Source of the DNA: a bacterium | GTDB lineage: Bacteria; SAR324; NAC60-12 | NCBI GenBank assembly: GCA_965209155.1 | Contig: OZ242383.1 | Span: 2,272,001-2,336,000, forward strand | DNA length: 64,000 nucleotides | Direction: 5' to 3' | Shown here: in pieces, positions 42,367 through 52,376 of the stretch | Position numbering within the stretch: position 1 is the first letter of the stretch | Layout of the letters: every line of letters starts with the position of its first letter | The notes under the pieces: generated by a model | What the model was told of the DNA's origin: nothing | Database searches by the model: none | What the model saw: only the letters and a program-made list of their open reading frames with translations | Program-made: the position numbers and the translations under genes

Positions 42367-44343
42367 ATGTGTAGAGAAAACGTCGAGAACGTGCTTTCGG
42401 GAACGAAAGCAGGTTTTAAAGCAACCCCTAATCTTGTTTTTAATCAAAAAGCAGAAAGGAGCACCATGAATCGTCAAAAAAGTAGAGGAATCGTCGAGAA
42501 CGTGCTTTCGGGAATCAAAGCAGGTTTTAAAGCAATCCTTAATTATGAACATCCATTCGAAAGGAAAAAGATGTTTAATCAAAGAAGCAGCTCAAAATTG
42601 TGCGCAACCCTGCTGGCTCTCATCATGGGAGCAAGCGTCTTCATGGCTGGCCAGGTCTGGGCAGCCAAGTATGTGACGGACCCCACAAACGGCAAGGTAG
42701 TGACCGCTCCGGAATACGGCGGGACATTCACCTATGCCATGAATAACGAACCTACCGCAGTTGACGTCTGGTTCCACCACGGGGCGATAAATGTCATCAG
42801 TGGTGTTTTAGAGAAGCTAGGCACCGTGAACTGGGGAATAGATAGGGCCGAATATAACTTCATGGGTAATCTCCAGCCTGAATTTGCCACGACAGGGCAG
42901 CTGGCGGAAAGCTGGGAGATGCCCGACGACAGAACCATTGTCGTCAAAGTCCGCCAAGGCGTTCACTGGCATAATAAGCCCCCAATGTCCGGTCGGGAGC
43001 TGACTGCCAAGGATATCGAATACAACTTTCACCGCTTGATGGGTCTGGGCAAGTTTGCCGAAGCCGGACCTACCAACATTACCCAGGTTCTCAGAACTGT
43101 GTCATTCGAATCGATAACAGCCACCGACAAATGGACGGTCGTTTTTAAGCTGAAGAAGCCACACCTCGGTGCGTTGATGGGTATCCTCGAGGACTGGATT
43201 GCTTATATGTACCCCCCCGAGGTATTCGAGCAATACGGCGACGCTCAGGATTGGAGGAACCTGGTCGGCACCGGGCCCTTTATGCTGACTGACTGGGTCG
43301 AGGGAAGCTCGATGACCTGGACCAAGAATCCTGATTACTGGGGCTACGACGAAAAATACCCGCAGAACCGGCTGCCCTATGTTGACCAGATAAGGGCCCT
43401 GACTATGCCCGAAAAGGCAACACAACGGGCGGGACTGCGCTCGGGTAAGCTTGATGCCTTGTTTGGCGGGACTACGATACAGTCTGTCGACGCGGCAGAG
43501 GGCCTTGAGCGGTCCAACCCCGAAATCGAGCTGTGGAAGAGGGTCACTGCTTCGGTCTTTAGTACTGGTCTTAACGTGAATAAGCCGCCCTTTAACGACA
43601 TCAGGGTGCGCAAGGCAATGCAGATGGCACTGGACCTCGAGACGATTAACAATGTCTTCTTTAAGGGTCATGGAGATACGACACCTCACGGGCAGGTAGG
43701 AGATGCTGTGCCCGGGTATTTCATCCCATTTGAAGAGTGGCCCGCCGAGCTCAAGAAAGTCTATGACTATGACCCGGAAGGGGCAGAAGCATTGATTGAT
43801 GCGGCTGGGTATCCGCGCGGCGCCGACGGCATTAGATTCAAGACCAAGTTGATGCACAACGTGCACAAGGATTTGAACTTTTACCAATTACTCGTTGCAT
43901 ACTGGAATAAGATTGGCATTGACGTTGAGATTGATTTTCCGCCTATTGCTACCTGGGTGGCTAGAAGAACCTCTCGGGATTTCGAAATGATCGAACACGA
44001 AATGGCCTATGGGAGTCTGTCTGATCCTTTCAATCCTGTGAACCGCTTTACCAACGTTCCGTGGAACAGCGCCGCAGTGGAGGACCCGGTTTATGACGCC
44101 ATGTTTGAAGCCGCCGGAGCCGCTACCACCATCGAGGAGCAGCAGAGGCTGGTTAAAGAGCTGGATATGTACGCGATAGAGAGGCACTGGACCGTATGGA
44201 GTCCTATGAATCCACTTTTTGACGCCTTCCAGCCGTGGGTCAAAGGTTACGACGGTGAATTCATGTTGGGATACATTCATAGACATTTCGTCCTCGCCCG
44301 CCTCTGGATTGACCAGGAACTGAAGGACAAGAGCCCGTGGTAG
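42367..44343 (+). CDS. ABC substrate-binding protein family 5, copy 3 (most likely start 42571)
   Basis: Paralog motifs; signal peptide follows ATG 42571. Confidence 0.9.
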   Translation: MCRENVENVLSGTKAGFKATPNLVFNQKAERSTMNRQKSRGIVENVLSGIKAGFKAILNYEHPFERKKMFNQRSSSKLCATLLALIMGASVFMAGQVWAAKYVTDPTNGKVVTAPEYGGTFTYAMNNEPTAVDVWFHHGAINVISGVLEKLGTVNWGIDRAEYNFMGNLQPEFATTGQLAESWEMPDDRTIVVKVRQGVHWHNKPPMSGRELTAKDIEYNFHRLMGLGKFAEAGPTNITQVLRTVSFESITATDKWTVVFKLKKPHLGALMGILEDWIAYMYPPEVFEQYGDAQDWRNLVGTGPFMLTDWVEGSSMTWTKNPDYWGYDEKYPQNRLPYVDQIRALTMPEKATQRAGLRSGKLDALFGGTTIQSVDAAEGLERSNPEIELWKRVTASVFSTGLNVNKPPFNDIRVRKAMQMALDLETINNVFFKGHGDTTPHGQVGDAVPGYFIPFEEWPAELKKVYDYDPEGAEALIDAAGYPRGADGIRFKTKLMHNVHKDLNFYQLLVAYWNKIGIDVEIDFPPIATWVARRTSRDFEMIEHEMAYGSLSDPFNPVNRFTNVPWNSAAVEDPVYDAMFEAAGAATTIEEQQRLVKELDMYAIERHWTVWSPMNPLFDAFQPWVKGYDGEFMLGYIHRHFVLARLWIDQELKDKSPW

Positions 44344-44441
44344 GCCGACTGGAAGTACTGATGGACCGGGCAGTACTGCCCGGTTCACTCTAGGATACCC
44401 CGCGTTTCCCTGCCAATTTCAAAAATGATGAGGTCCGTCCC

Positions 44442-45449
44442 ATGAGAGCCTATCTCATCAGGCGCTTATTGCTGATAATCCCCACCTTGTTTATATTGAC
44501 CATCCTGGTCTTTCTCTCGGTGCGCTTCATCCCGGGCGATGTCATAGACGTAATGATGAGTAGGATGGAAGTGTACTTTAACTGGGACGAATTTGACCGT
44601 GAAGTTCTTGAGCAGAGGCTGGGATTAGACGTGCCCGTCCCCGTGCAGTATGGACGCTGGATAGGAGTGTTGCCGACCCCTGACTGGGTTACCGGTGAGT
44701 CCCGCTACAACGGTCTCCTCCAGGGCACCCTTGGCCAGTCACTGCTTCGCGGCCAGGAGGCGATAGAGGACAGGATATTCGGTAGATTGCCGGTAACCAT
44801 TGAGCTTGGCGTCATGGCAATCGTAATCGGGCTCGTGATAGCGCTGCCAGTCGGCATCTACTCGGCGATTCGGCAGGATACCGCCGCCGACTACGCTGGG
44901 CGCTCCATCGCCGTCATCGGCCTGGCAACGCCTAACTTCTGGCTGGGCATTATGGTCATGATCTTCCCGGCACTCTGGTGGGGCTGGTCGCCACCGATGG
45001 AGCTGGTTTCTTTCACGGAAGACCCGCTGGGGAATCTCGGCGTGTTCCTCATTCCCAGTCTGATTCTGGGGACGGCCATGGCTGCAGCCACCATGCGGAT
45101 GACGCGCACCATGATGCTGGAGGTGCTCAGGCAAGACTATATCAGGACCGCCTGGTCAAAGGGACTCAAGGAGAAGGTCGTGGTGATCAGACACGCCCTC
45201 AAGAATGCCCTCATCCCGGTGGTGACCCTGATCGGCTTGCAGTTGCCGATCCTGGTCGGCGGCGCCGTGATCATGGAGAACATCTTCAACCTGCCGGGGC
45301 TCGGGCGTCTCTTGCTGAATTCCCTCAATGACAGAGACTACCCGATGGTTTCCGGAATAAACCTGGTTTTCGCCACTGGCGTGGTGGGGATCAATCTATT
45401 TATCGACCTGTTCTATGCCTTCTTGGACCCAAGGGTGCGGTATGATTGA
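44442..45449 (+). CDS. DppB-like permease
   Basis: Paralog of 21459-22418. Confidence 0.92.
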   Translation: MRAYLIRRLLLIIPTLFILTILVFLSVRFIPGDVIDVMMSRMEVYFNWDEFDREVLEQRLGLDVPVPVQYGRWIGVLPTPDWVTGESRYNGLLQGTLGQSLLRGQEAIEDRIFGRLPVTIELGVMAIVIGLVIALPVGIYSAIRQDTAADYAGRSIAVIGLATPNFWLGIMVMIFPALWWGWSPPMELVSFTEDPLGNLGVFLIPSLILGTAMAAATMRMTRTMMLEVLRQDYIRTAWSKGLKEKVVVIRHALKNALIPVVTLIGLQLPILVGGAVIMENIFNLPGLGRLLLNSLNDRDYPMVSGINLVFATGVVGINLFIDLFYAFLDPRVRYD

Positions 45450-45508
45450 ATCAAAGCGACGGGGCCGGCTGGCGGATTTCCTGTTCAGGCTGCTTAAGGA
45501 GAAGCCCC
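45442..45508 (+). pseudogene. DppC-like permease, only the first ~22 codons
   Basis: LADFLFRLLKEKPL, then unrelated sequence. Confidence 0.75.
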
Positions 45509-45723
45509 TATTGAAAAAATACTCGCTTGCTGATGGGAAGTCATGGCAAAAATTCCTCCAAAGACCCAGTTTGTTTGTCTTTGCTAAACTTGAGTATAAA
45601 GGTGCGCTGGTGGCATCGAAGGGTCACATGAGAGAGCCAGGCGTCAGAAAATTACGTTAGGATCTATCAGGCAGAGCGCCCGATGCTTTTCTTCAAGGCA
45701 ACGCCACAACGATGTATCGGCCC

Positions 45724-45825
45724 CTTCGAACAAACCTGTGATTGGTGCAAATGAATTATAAATTTAGCAAAATTCTTGAATCGAAGCGGCTGTGGTGGGA
45801 ATCTGTTGCATCGACTTGTTCGAGG
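45724..45825 (+). other. attC-like site
   Basis: CTTCGAAC ... GTTCGAGG boundaries; inner stem weak. Confidence 0.45.
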
Positions 45826-45833
45826 CTTTTTCT

Positions 45834-46133
45834 TTAACTTGCCTTTGCTTCAAAATCTTCTGAATAAATTGAAGGAATATCTGAAATAACCAAATCCTCT
45901 CTTCCTACGCTCCTCAAGAGTCCTGAAATGGATAAATCTTCGTCTAATATAGGCCAATGCACTCCAATTCCATCGCTATCTATTTCAAAAATTTTCAAAT
46001 GCTCTTCTTTCGCTTTTTGCAATAATATTGATCCGGAATTTTCAAGAGGGACCCTAATATTTTCTCCTTTTGTCATAAAAGAAATTTCTTCTGGAGTTAC
46101 CATGAAATCCTGAATGTCATATATTTTATTCAT
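45834..46133 (-). CDS. DUF2442 protein (putative TA component)
   Basis: G.GVHWP.LDEDLSI.GLL. Confidence 0.85.
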   Translation of the reverse strand: MNKIYDIQDFMVTPEEISFMTKGENIRVPLENSGSILLQKAKEEHLKIFEIDSDGIGVHWPILDEDLSISGLLRSVGREDLVISDIPSIYSEDFEAKAS

Positions 46134-46390
46134 TTATCCTCTTTCCGTTTTTCAAATTCATTCCATGCCTCAATGATCATATCAAAGTGATCAAAGATAA
46201 TTTTTCGTACTTCACGAATCTCGGATGGAGTCATACGTCGAGTATAAGCGGGTTTGATGTCATATTCATCAATTAATATCCAAAATTTACAGTTTGCGCT
46301 ACCTTTTTTCCCATGAATATGAATAGGTTCGTTTCCTTCATTGGCAAAGAAGAAAATTCGCCATCCCTTAATGCTGAATATTGTTGGCAT
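46130..46390 (-). CDS. DUF4160 protein (putative TA component)
   Basis: MPTI...GWRIFFFANE..EPIHIH...KFW; 4-bp overlap with DUF2442. Confidence 0.85.
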   Translation of the reverse strand: MPTIFSIKGWRIFFFANEGNEPIHIHGKKGSANCKFWILIDEYDIKPAYTRRMTPSEIREVRKIIFDHFDMIIEAWNEFEKRKEDK

Positions 46391-46440
46391 ATGCTTTGTC
46401 TTAATTCATAAATAATCTAACTGTATGATGTCGGTTTTTC

Positions 46441-46566
46441 ACCTCGAACGTTTAGCTCACCCGCGCCCACCCGATAATGACCATTGGAATAGAGATGAAC
46501 TGACAGTCTGCCACAAAACTTGGTGAAAAGCTCAAGGGTGGGCGCAAGTGAACCGCCAGGTTGGCA
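46441..46566 (+). other. attC-like site closing the TA cassette
   Basis: CCTCGAAC complements GTTCGAGG (45818); stem CAC..GCGCCCACCC/GGGTGGGCGC..GTG; GTTGGCA. Confidence 0.65.
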
Positions 46567-46622
46567 CTTTTTTCTTGAATTTTTACATGCGTGGCTGTCA
46601 TGAGAAATGGAGGGAAAAGAGC

Positions 46623-47516
46623 TTATACATCCGGATCAATTCCTGCTTTTTTGAGTAACTCTCGTAAACGATTCCGGTCATTTTGTACTTCTTCTTTGAG
46701 CTTCCGTTCCTCTTCCTCCCTCCGCAGAGCCTCTTGTTTATCTCGTAGAGCCTCTTCTTTGTCTTGTAGGGCTTCTTCTAAAAGTTGTTGCCTCGTTTGT
46801 TCTTCACGGATGGCATTTTGACGGTCTTGGTATAAGTGATAATCAGCTTCTTTTTCTGAAAATCTCTCCAGGACTGCCATGGCTTGCCTCATTTCAGGGG
46901 TGTTGATGATTTCAGGTAATTCCTCCCAATGCTCAGCTTCTTTAAAAAAATATAACAATTGATCTTCTGTTTTCAAGGTCTCGGAATACCGCCATTTTTC
47001 CAATTCCAAAACATGGACTGAGCAATGCTCCGATAATCGTTTTTGGTTCTCTTGATCCACCAGTTGGGAGTGATGATGAAATGCCGGACTCTCGGGAATC
47101 AGGTTTTCAGTCAACATCCAAATGGAGATCACCGGACGTAATTCTGAGAATGGCTCCCCGCTTTGTAACTGGGACTGATAGATATCACTCCACGTATAGA
47201 GCATCCTCTCCGGCAAATAGGAAAAAACCGCCAATTGAATTTCTATCTGATAGGCCGTCCCTTTTTCATCTTTGGCTTTCACATCGACAATCGTCAACTT
47301 GTCCGAATAAAACTCGCGTTCATTGTAGGGGTTGAGGATTTCGACATCCGAGATGGGAAACTGGGGTGCCAGGACACCGTTGAGGAAATCAATCAGTAAG
47401 TTCTCATTTTCCTCTGCCCCCGAAATGGCCTTGTAGACACAATCGACTGTCGGAGAAATGCGATGTTTCACCAGGATACTCCTCAAAGAAGGGGACAAGA
47501 AAGCCATTATTTTCAA
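46623..47516 (-). CDS. Rpn family / PD-(D/E)XK nuclease (start uncertain)
   Basis: P.VD...K, LIDFLN, IVDVKAKD, IEIQ, R.LY.WS; coiled-coil tail. Confidence 0.85.
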   Translation of the reverse strand: MKIMAFLSPSLRSILVKHRISPTVDCVYKAISGAEENENLLIDFLNGVLAPQFPISDVEILNPYNEREFYSDKLTIVDVKAKDEKGTAYQIEIQLAVFSYLPERMLYTWSDIYQSQLQSGEPFSELRPVISIWMLTENLIPESPAFHHHSQLVDQENQKRLSEHCSVHVLELEKWRYSETLKTEDQLLYFFKEAEHWEELPEIINTPEMRQAMAVLERFSEKEADYHLYQDRQNAIREEQTRQQLLEEALQDKEEALRDKQEALRREEEERKLKEEVQNDRNRLRELLKKAGIDPDV

Positions 47517-47722
47517 TCAGTATATCAAAGCATTTGGGCACCAGCGAGACTTATTTGTTGTCCCTATGTCTCAAAGTCATTTTCTTGATTTTGTATGGAA
47601 TCGTCGATTTTTAGTAAATTTGTCTATTCTGTTGAGATTTTTCTTCGGTGTCAACGCAGAGTTTTCCCCGTTATCTCAGCGGAGCATCGAAACGCGTGCC
47701 GAGTGGGCATCAGCCCTTGAAA

Positions 47723-48207
47723 TAAACAATTAAAGGAAAGGCTAAAGCCAGTGCGAACTGGGCGCGCTTGATTCACAAAATTTTCGAAGTCGACCCTCTA
47801 TTATGCCCAAATTGCGGGAAGGAAATGAAGATCATTGCCTTCATTACCAATTACCAGGAAATCAAAAAAATATTAAAGCATCTTGGTGAGGATACACAAA
47901 GAGCACCACCCCTACCATCTATAAGCCCATCCAATGATCCCAATGACTATTACGAGGATTACATGCCTCCTGACGAGATCTATTTTGCTATTGAACAATG
48001 GGTATCTTGAGAATTCTAAAACCCAGGGATTGCTTTGTCTAAAATCCGTCCTTTCAAACCAGGACAGAGAAAAAGCACTGAAACATTGAACAGAACACAC
48101 AACCACCCACGAAACCTACCAAAAAATCAAAAAAAGACCCCCTAAAATTTGCCTTTACACACCTATTCCCAGGTGCTATCGTTTTATGTAATTTTTGATT
48201 TTCATAT
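47723..48207 (+). mobile_element. 5'-truncated IS91/ISCR-like copy D
   Basis: Identity to about 40688-41172; followed by GTGG. Confidence 0.9.
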
Positions 48208-48329
48208 GTGGACGCCGAACTCCGGGCGTGGGATGACATTGTGGGCCCAGGCTTAAGGCTGGTTGCGTGACACGCGAAAGACATGCCCACAAACAGACCA
48301 CACAGTAGTGGTGCGGCTTTAGTCTGGGA

Positions 48330-50398
48330 GTAACTATTCAGGTCTCTGAAAACCCGTTTAGTCAAATAACGTTGAAAAAAATTTCCGGAGAGGACTGATC
48401 GTTTTCAAGTCCTCCCACGATATTGTTCCATCGATCGGAAACCCTCTTCTTTCACTAAAACAACTTAGTGATGGTATGATTATAGCACTACTACTACTTG
48501 CATAATGTCAACCCCCAAATTAAAAAAAATGCAGGATTCGTAAAAAAAAATTAAAAATCTATCAATCAGGGAGATCCGCTTCTTTATGATCATGAGCCAA
48601 AAAGCGAAGGTTCACTCCACAATTCCGTGTTTTTTCCAATGGCGATAATGATCGTAAACGCTTTGCCAGGGAGGTAAATCATGGAGGAGCATACTCCACT
48701 GACAACTCGTTTTCACGATCTACAAAATCGCATTGACGATGCTATGTTTGCCAGGAATACGTTTTGCCCGCAAGGGGCGAAACGTTTAAAAAAAGGGGAG
48801 TTTCAGTAACAAGGAGGCGCAGGTAAAAGCTTGTCCCGGACTGGATCCGGGAGAGACAAAGCCTGTGTGAGCATCTCGAAGATGGATTTTCCCTGTTTTC
48901 TGGTAGTGGAAATAGCTCCTCGGATGGTACAAAAAGCCTGTGATCCTTCAGCCGTTCGGAAGCCGCCTGAGATTTTCTGTTTCAATTTAACCATGCGAAT
49001 ATCTCGCTCGGCTTGGTTGTTGTCAAAAGGAACCCGGAAGTCATCCATGAATAACAAGCTTTCCTTTTCATAGAGGATCAAGCGATCGAGTAAATTTTTG
49101 GCTTTGCTCTGTTTGGGGCGTCCTCGTTTCTTTGTTTGAGGAGGGGGAGGATAGAGCTTAAGGGCTTCTTGGGTGATATCCCGATAGCGTTGCCGGAAGT
49201 GATCCAGTTGGATTGGACTCAAAGCAGATTGTTCTTTGAACTTGGCTTGGTCTACTTGCTCTTTGATCTCTACCAGTAAGTCGCTCATCTCCTGAGCCCA
49301 GAAGGCCTTTTCTTGTTCACAGGCCCGAGTGAGTTCACGTAAATGATGCGCATTGCAAAAGCCATGATCACACTCATAATGCTGGTAGCTCTCCCAGTGA
49401 TCATGAATGGCTGTCTTTTCAAACCGAGGCAGGATACCGGCAGCATCCATTCCGGCTCGACCCCGTTTGTCGTGGATAAAATAAAAGGTCAACTCTTCGG
49501 TAGAGGCTGAATGAAGCCAACGACGTTGTTTGTTTTCAAAGAGGGAGGTTTCATCAAAATGAACCACCTCCGCTTGAATCAGAGCTTCAGCCACTTGTTG
49601 TTGCAAGGGATTAAGCCTCTGGGCGGCTTGCTGGAGGCTAGCATAAATCGTGGCCGCATTGAGCGGATGGCCGAACAGATCCTCAAAGAATTGCTGGCAT
49701 CGATCAAAGGGCAGAAACTGATATTGATTGAGATAAACCGCTAAGCCTTTGATCCGGGGACCATATTGAGTGGGTCCCTCAATCCCTGCTGGAAAGCTCG
49801 AGCGATTCAGATGCCGGCAGCAGGGACAAATTTTTTGTTCCACCTGATGCTCGGTGACCTCTAATTGGAGCGGGGGAAGATCAAACACTTGGCGTTTATG
49901 CCGGGCCTCAACCATCACCTGGGATAAATCTTCTCCACAGGCTTCACAGGTGCTGACAAAATGAGGCTCCACATGATCTGGTGATTCACTGAAAGGCAAA
50001 TGATGGCCTTTATGACCGGGTTGACCTCCGCGAGAGCGACCCCTGCTTTTACGCAAACTTTTGTTCTTTCGACTTGGATCGCTGGAAGGAGGCTTACTTG
50101 AGTTTTGGCTGTTGAGAGCCAGCTGATCCCGAAGTTGCTTATTTTCTGCTTCGAGCGCTTCAATACGCTTATTTTCTATTTCGAGACGTTCGAGGAGTTT
50201 TAATCGCTCTTTCTTCCATTGCTCCCGTTCTTTTTCAAAGAGTTGACAGGCTTCTTGAAGAGCCTCAAGGGGGGCTGTCGATGAAATGGAATGAATATAC
50301 TTATGAACTTTCGAGAGCATAATGTCCTTTCTGGACTTTATGCCATGCAAAATCTGTGCTTAAATCAATGGGGGATCTAAAGAATCCTAAATAGTTAC
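48330..50398 (-). mobile_element. IS66 family element (single ORF) with a long non-coding downstream end
   Basis: TIR GTAACTATT(C/T)AGG; 8-bp TSD GTCTGGGA. Confidence 0.92.
48803..50350 (-). CDS. IS66 transposase
   Basis: NSSKPPSSD, GGQPGH.G, HFDET, CNAH.LRE, PFDNNQAERDIR..K. Confidence 0.95.
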   Translation of the reverse strand: MHGIKSRKDIMLSKVHKYIHSISSTAPLEALQEACQLFEKEREQWKKERLKLLERLEIENKRIEALEAENKQLRDQLALNSQNSSKPPSSDPSRKNKSLRKSRGRSRGGQPGHKGHHLPFSESPDHVEPHFVSTCEACGEDLSQVMVEARHKRQVFDLPPLQLEVTEHQVEQKICPCCRHLNRSSFPAGIEGPTQYGPRIKGLAVYLNQYQFLPFDRCQQFFEDLFGHPLNAATIYASLQQAAQRLNPLQQQVAEALIQAEVVHFDETSLFENKQRRWLHSASTEELTFYFIHDKRGRAGMDAAGILPRFEKTAIHDHWESYQHYECDHGFCNAHHLRELTRACEQEKAFWAQEMSDLLVEIKEQVDQAKFKEQSALSPIQLDHFRQRYRDITQEALKLYPPPPQTKKRGRPKQSKAKNLLDRLILYEKESLLFMDDFRVPFDNNQAERDIRMVKLKQKISGGFRTAEGSQAFCTIRGAISTTRKQGKSIFEMLTQALSLPDPVRDKLLPAPPCY

Positions 50399-50437
50399 GT
50401 CTGGGATTAAAAGAGGCAATGAACATGGAGGAAAAGA

Positions 50438-51310
50438 ATGAGCACAGATGGAAACACTATAACCGACAATATCGACCTCACCGGACAGGTGGCACTGATC
50501 ACAGGCGCAGGCAGAGGCATCGGCCGGACTACCGCTCAGTTTCTTGCCGAGGCTGGGGCTTCGGTCACAGTCACTGCGCGCTCCGAAGACCAGTTGCGGG
50601 AAACGGTAGATTCCATTGAATCTCAGGGCGGTACAGCCATCGCCGTTCCCGGCGACGTGACAAACCGTCAGGACGTGCGAAATGTTGTAGCTGTCACGGC
50701 AGAGAAACTTGGCCCAATAGATCTGCTCGTGAATAACGCTGGATCAGGGTTAGTATCTGGCCCGTTATGGGAAACGGATGAGGAGGATTGGTGGCATTCT
50801 GTGGAAGTCAACTTACAAGGTCCTTTTCTATTCACGAGAGCTGTCCTACCCAGCATGGTTTCTCGTGGCACTGGTCGAATCGTCAATGTGTCCAGCGGAG
50901 CTGGCTTGCAGCCTCAAGCCAACCACTCCGCCTATGTCATCGCTAAGACTGGTTTGATACGCCTGACGGAGAACCTGGCGATTGAGGTCGAAAAACACGG
51001 CGTCAAGGCATTCACTGTCCATCCAGGTACTGTGCGTACAGCCATGGCGCATGCTGTATTGGATTCAGACCAGCAGAAAGAGTGGCTACCCTGGTTTTCC
51101 CCAATCTTTGAGAATGGACACGATTACGCGCCAGAGGATGCCGCTCATCTCATTAGACTATTGGCGTCGGGCAAAGCTGATGAATTCTCAGGACGTTACT
51201 TCAGTGTCGAAGGCGACGGTGTCCCGTATGATGATTTAGAAGAAATGCGTAAGCAGACCGAACGCATCAAAGAGGACAGACTGTACTTTCTGAGATTGCG
51301 CAGGGGCTAA
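50438..51310 (+). CDS. Short-chain dehydrogenase/reductase (SDR)
   Basis: TGAGRGIG, NNAG, Y..AK, PG.VRT. Confidence 0.92.
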   Translation: MSTDGNTITDNIDLTGQVALITGAGRGIGRTTAQFLAEAGASVTVTARSEDQLRETVDSIESQGGTAIAVPGDVTNRQDVRNVVAVTAEKLGPIDLLVNNAGSGLVSGPLWETDEEDWWHSVEVNLQGPFLFTRAVLPSMVSRGTGRIVNVSSGAGLQPQANHSAYVIAKTGLIRLTENLAIEVEKHGVKAFTVHPGTVRTAMAHAVLDSDQQKEWLPWFSPIFENGHDYAPEDAAHLIRLLASGKADEFSGRYFSVEGDGVPYDDLEEMRKQTERIKEDRLYFLRLRRG

Positions 51311-51464
51311 GCCCGAAATCCGATATCGACCTTAGGAACAAAAGGCGATGATTTTCATCTCCTTACCGCATTTGGGGCATGTCAGGGGATTATCGTCGAA
51401 GATTTTATGGATTAACCGTGCCCAGGTGGAATTTGCTTTGGCGGTACCTTTTAGCTCTTCTGTC

Positions 51465-52376
51465 TCAATTTTTTGCTCCCCTGTCTTTGCTTTTTCTTTG
51501 TTTTCCTTCCCTCGATAAGAACTGCTGTAAACTCCATCGTAAAAAAGTCACTGTTTCGTATGGTGAGGGAATATACCCGGCTACCAGAGCCATAAATTCA
51601 AGAACCGAATAAGTGGCCTTTTTTCCTGAGGATGATCGCTTTTGTTTCTCATAGACAATGACGGGGTTATCCTCCGAATTGAACTCCACTCTCTCGACTG
51701 AGATAGCCGCTCTGCTGATATACCTGGCGATTTTTTCCACGGCCTCTCCATTTGATCCATCTATCCTATGTTTACTGTGGACATTCAAACCAGAGTTATA
51801 ATTCCAAGACAAAAGCAAATCTATCAGTTCCTGAGTGATTACTTCCTGTTCAAGTAAGACAGACAGCAATCTGGCTCTGAATAGTTTCGCTATCACCTCG
51901 CTGGAAATCCTGACCGGCTGGTAGAACTTACCAGCTTTGAGTATGCCTGAGAGGACCAGTGCATGAATATGAGGGTGAAAGTTTAGGAGAGAACCGTGGG
52001 ATTGGATACAAAAGATTCCTCCAGTATACCCACCTTCTATCCCCAAAGCCTCATGAAAATAGTGTTCGATGGCGTAATTGGCGCTTTGTATCAGCAATTT
52101 CAGTAATTTTCTGTTTCTGCGGAAATAGCCTCTTAAGATTTTAGGGATTGTGAAGGTGATATGACGATGAGGAAGCGGTTTGACGATTTCTCTGACCTTC
52201 TCGCCAAAGAGGATTGACCTTTTTGTAGAGCAACTGGGACAAACCAATCTTTCTTTACAGGAAAAGGCCACAAAAATGTCCTCGCCGCATTCACACCTGA
52301 CCCTGGCCACGCCATTCTCAGGAATGCCGCACTCCAGGTAAGCGTAAATCCCCCGCGTGACTTCTTTCCTAAGATA
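51465..52376 (-). pseudogene. Divergent IS91/ISCR-like transposase, 5' end replaced and 3' end frameshifted/truncated
   Basis: YLECGIPENG, CPSC, HPHIH, RYISR; homology to the 39665 gene starts at YLRK. Confidence 0.85.

Noticed and set aside
48482..48520. Variable segment followed by GTCAAC as an IscB omega-RNA guide
   Set aside because: No IscB/TnpB gene; GTCAAC is explained as the reverse of a -35 box
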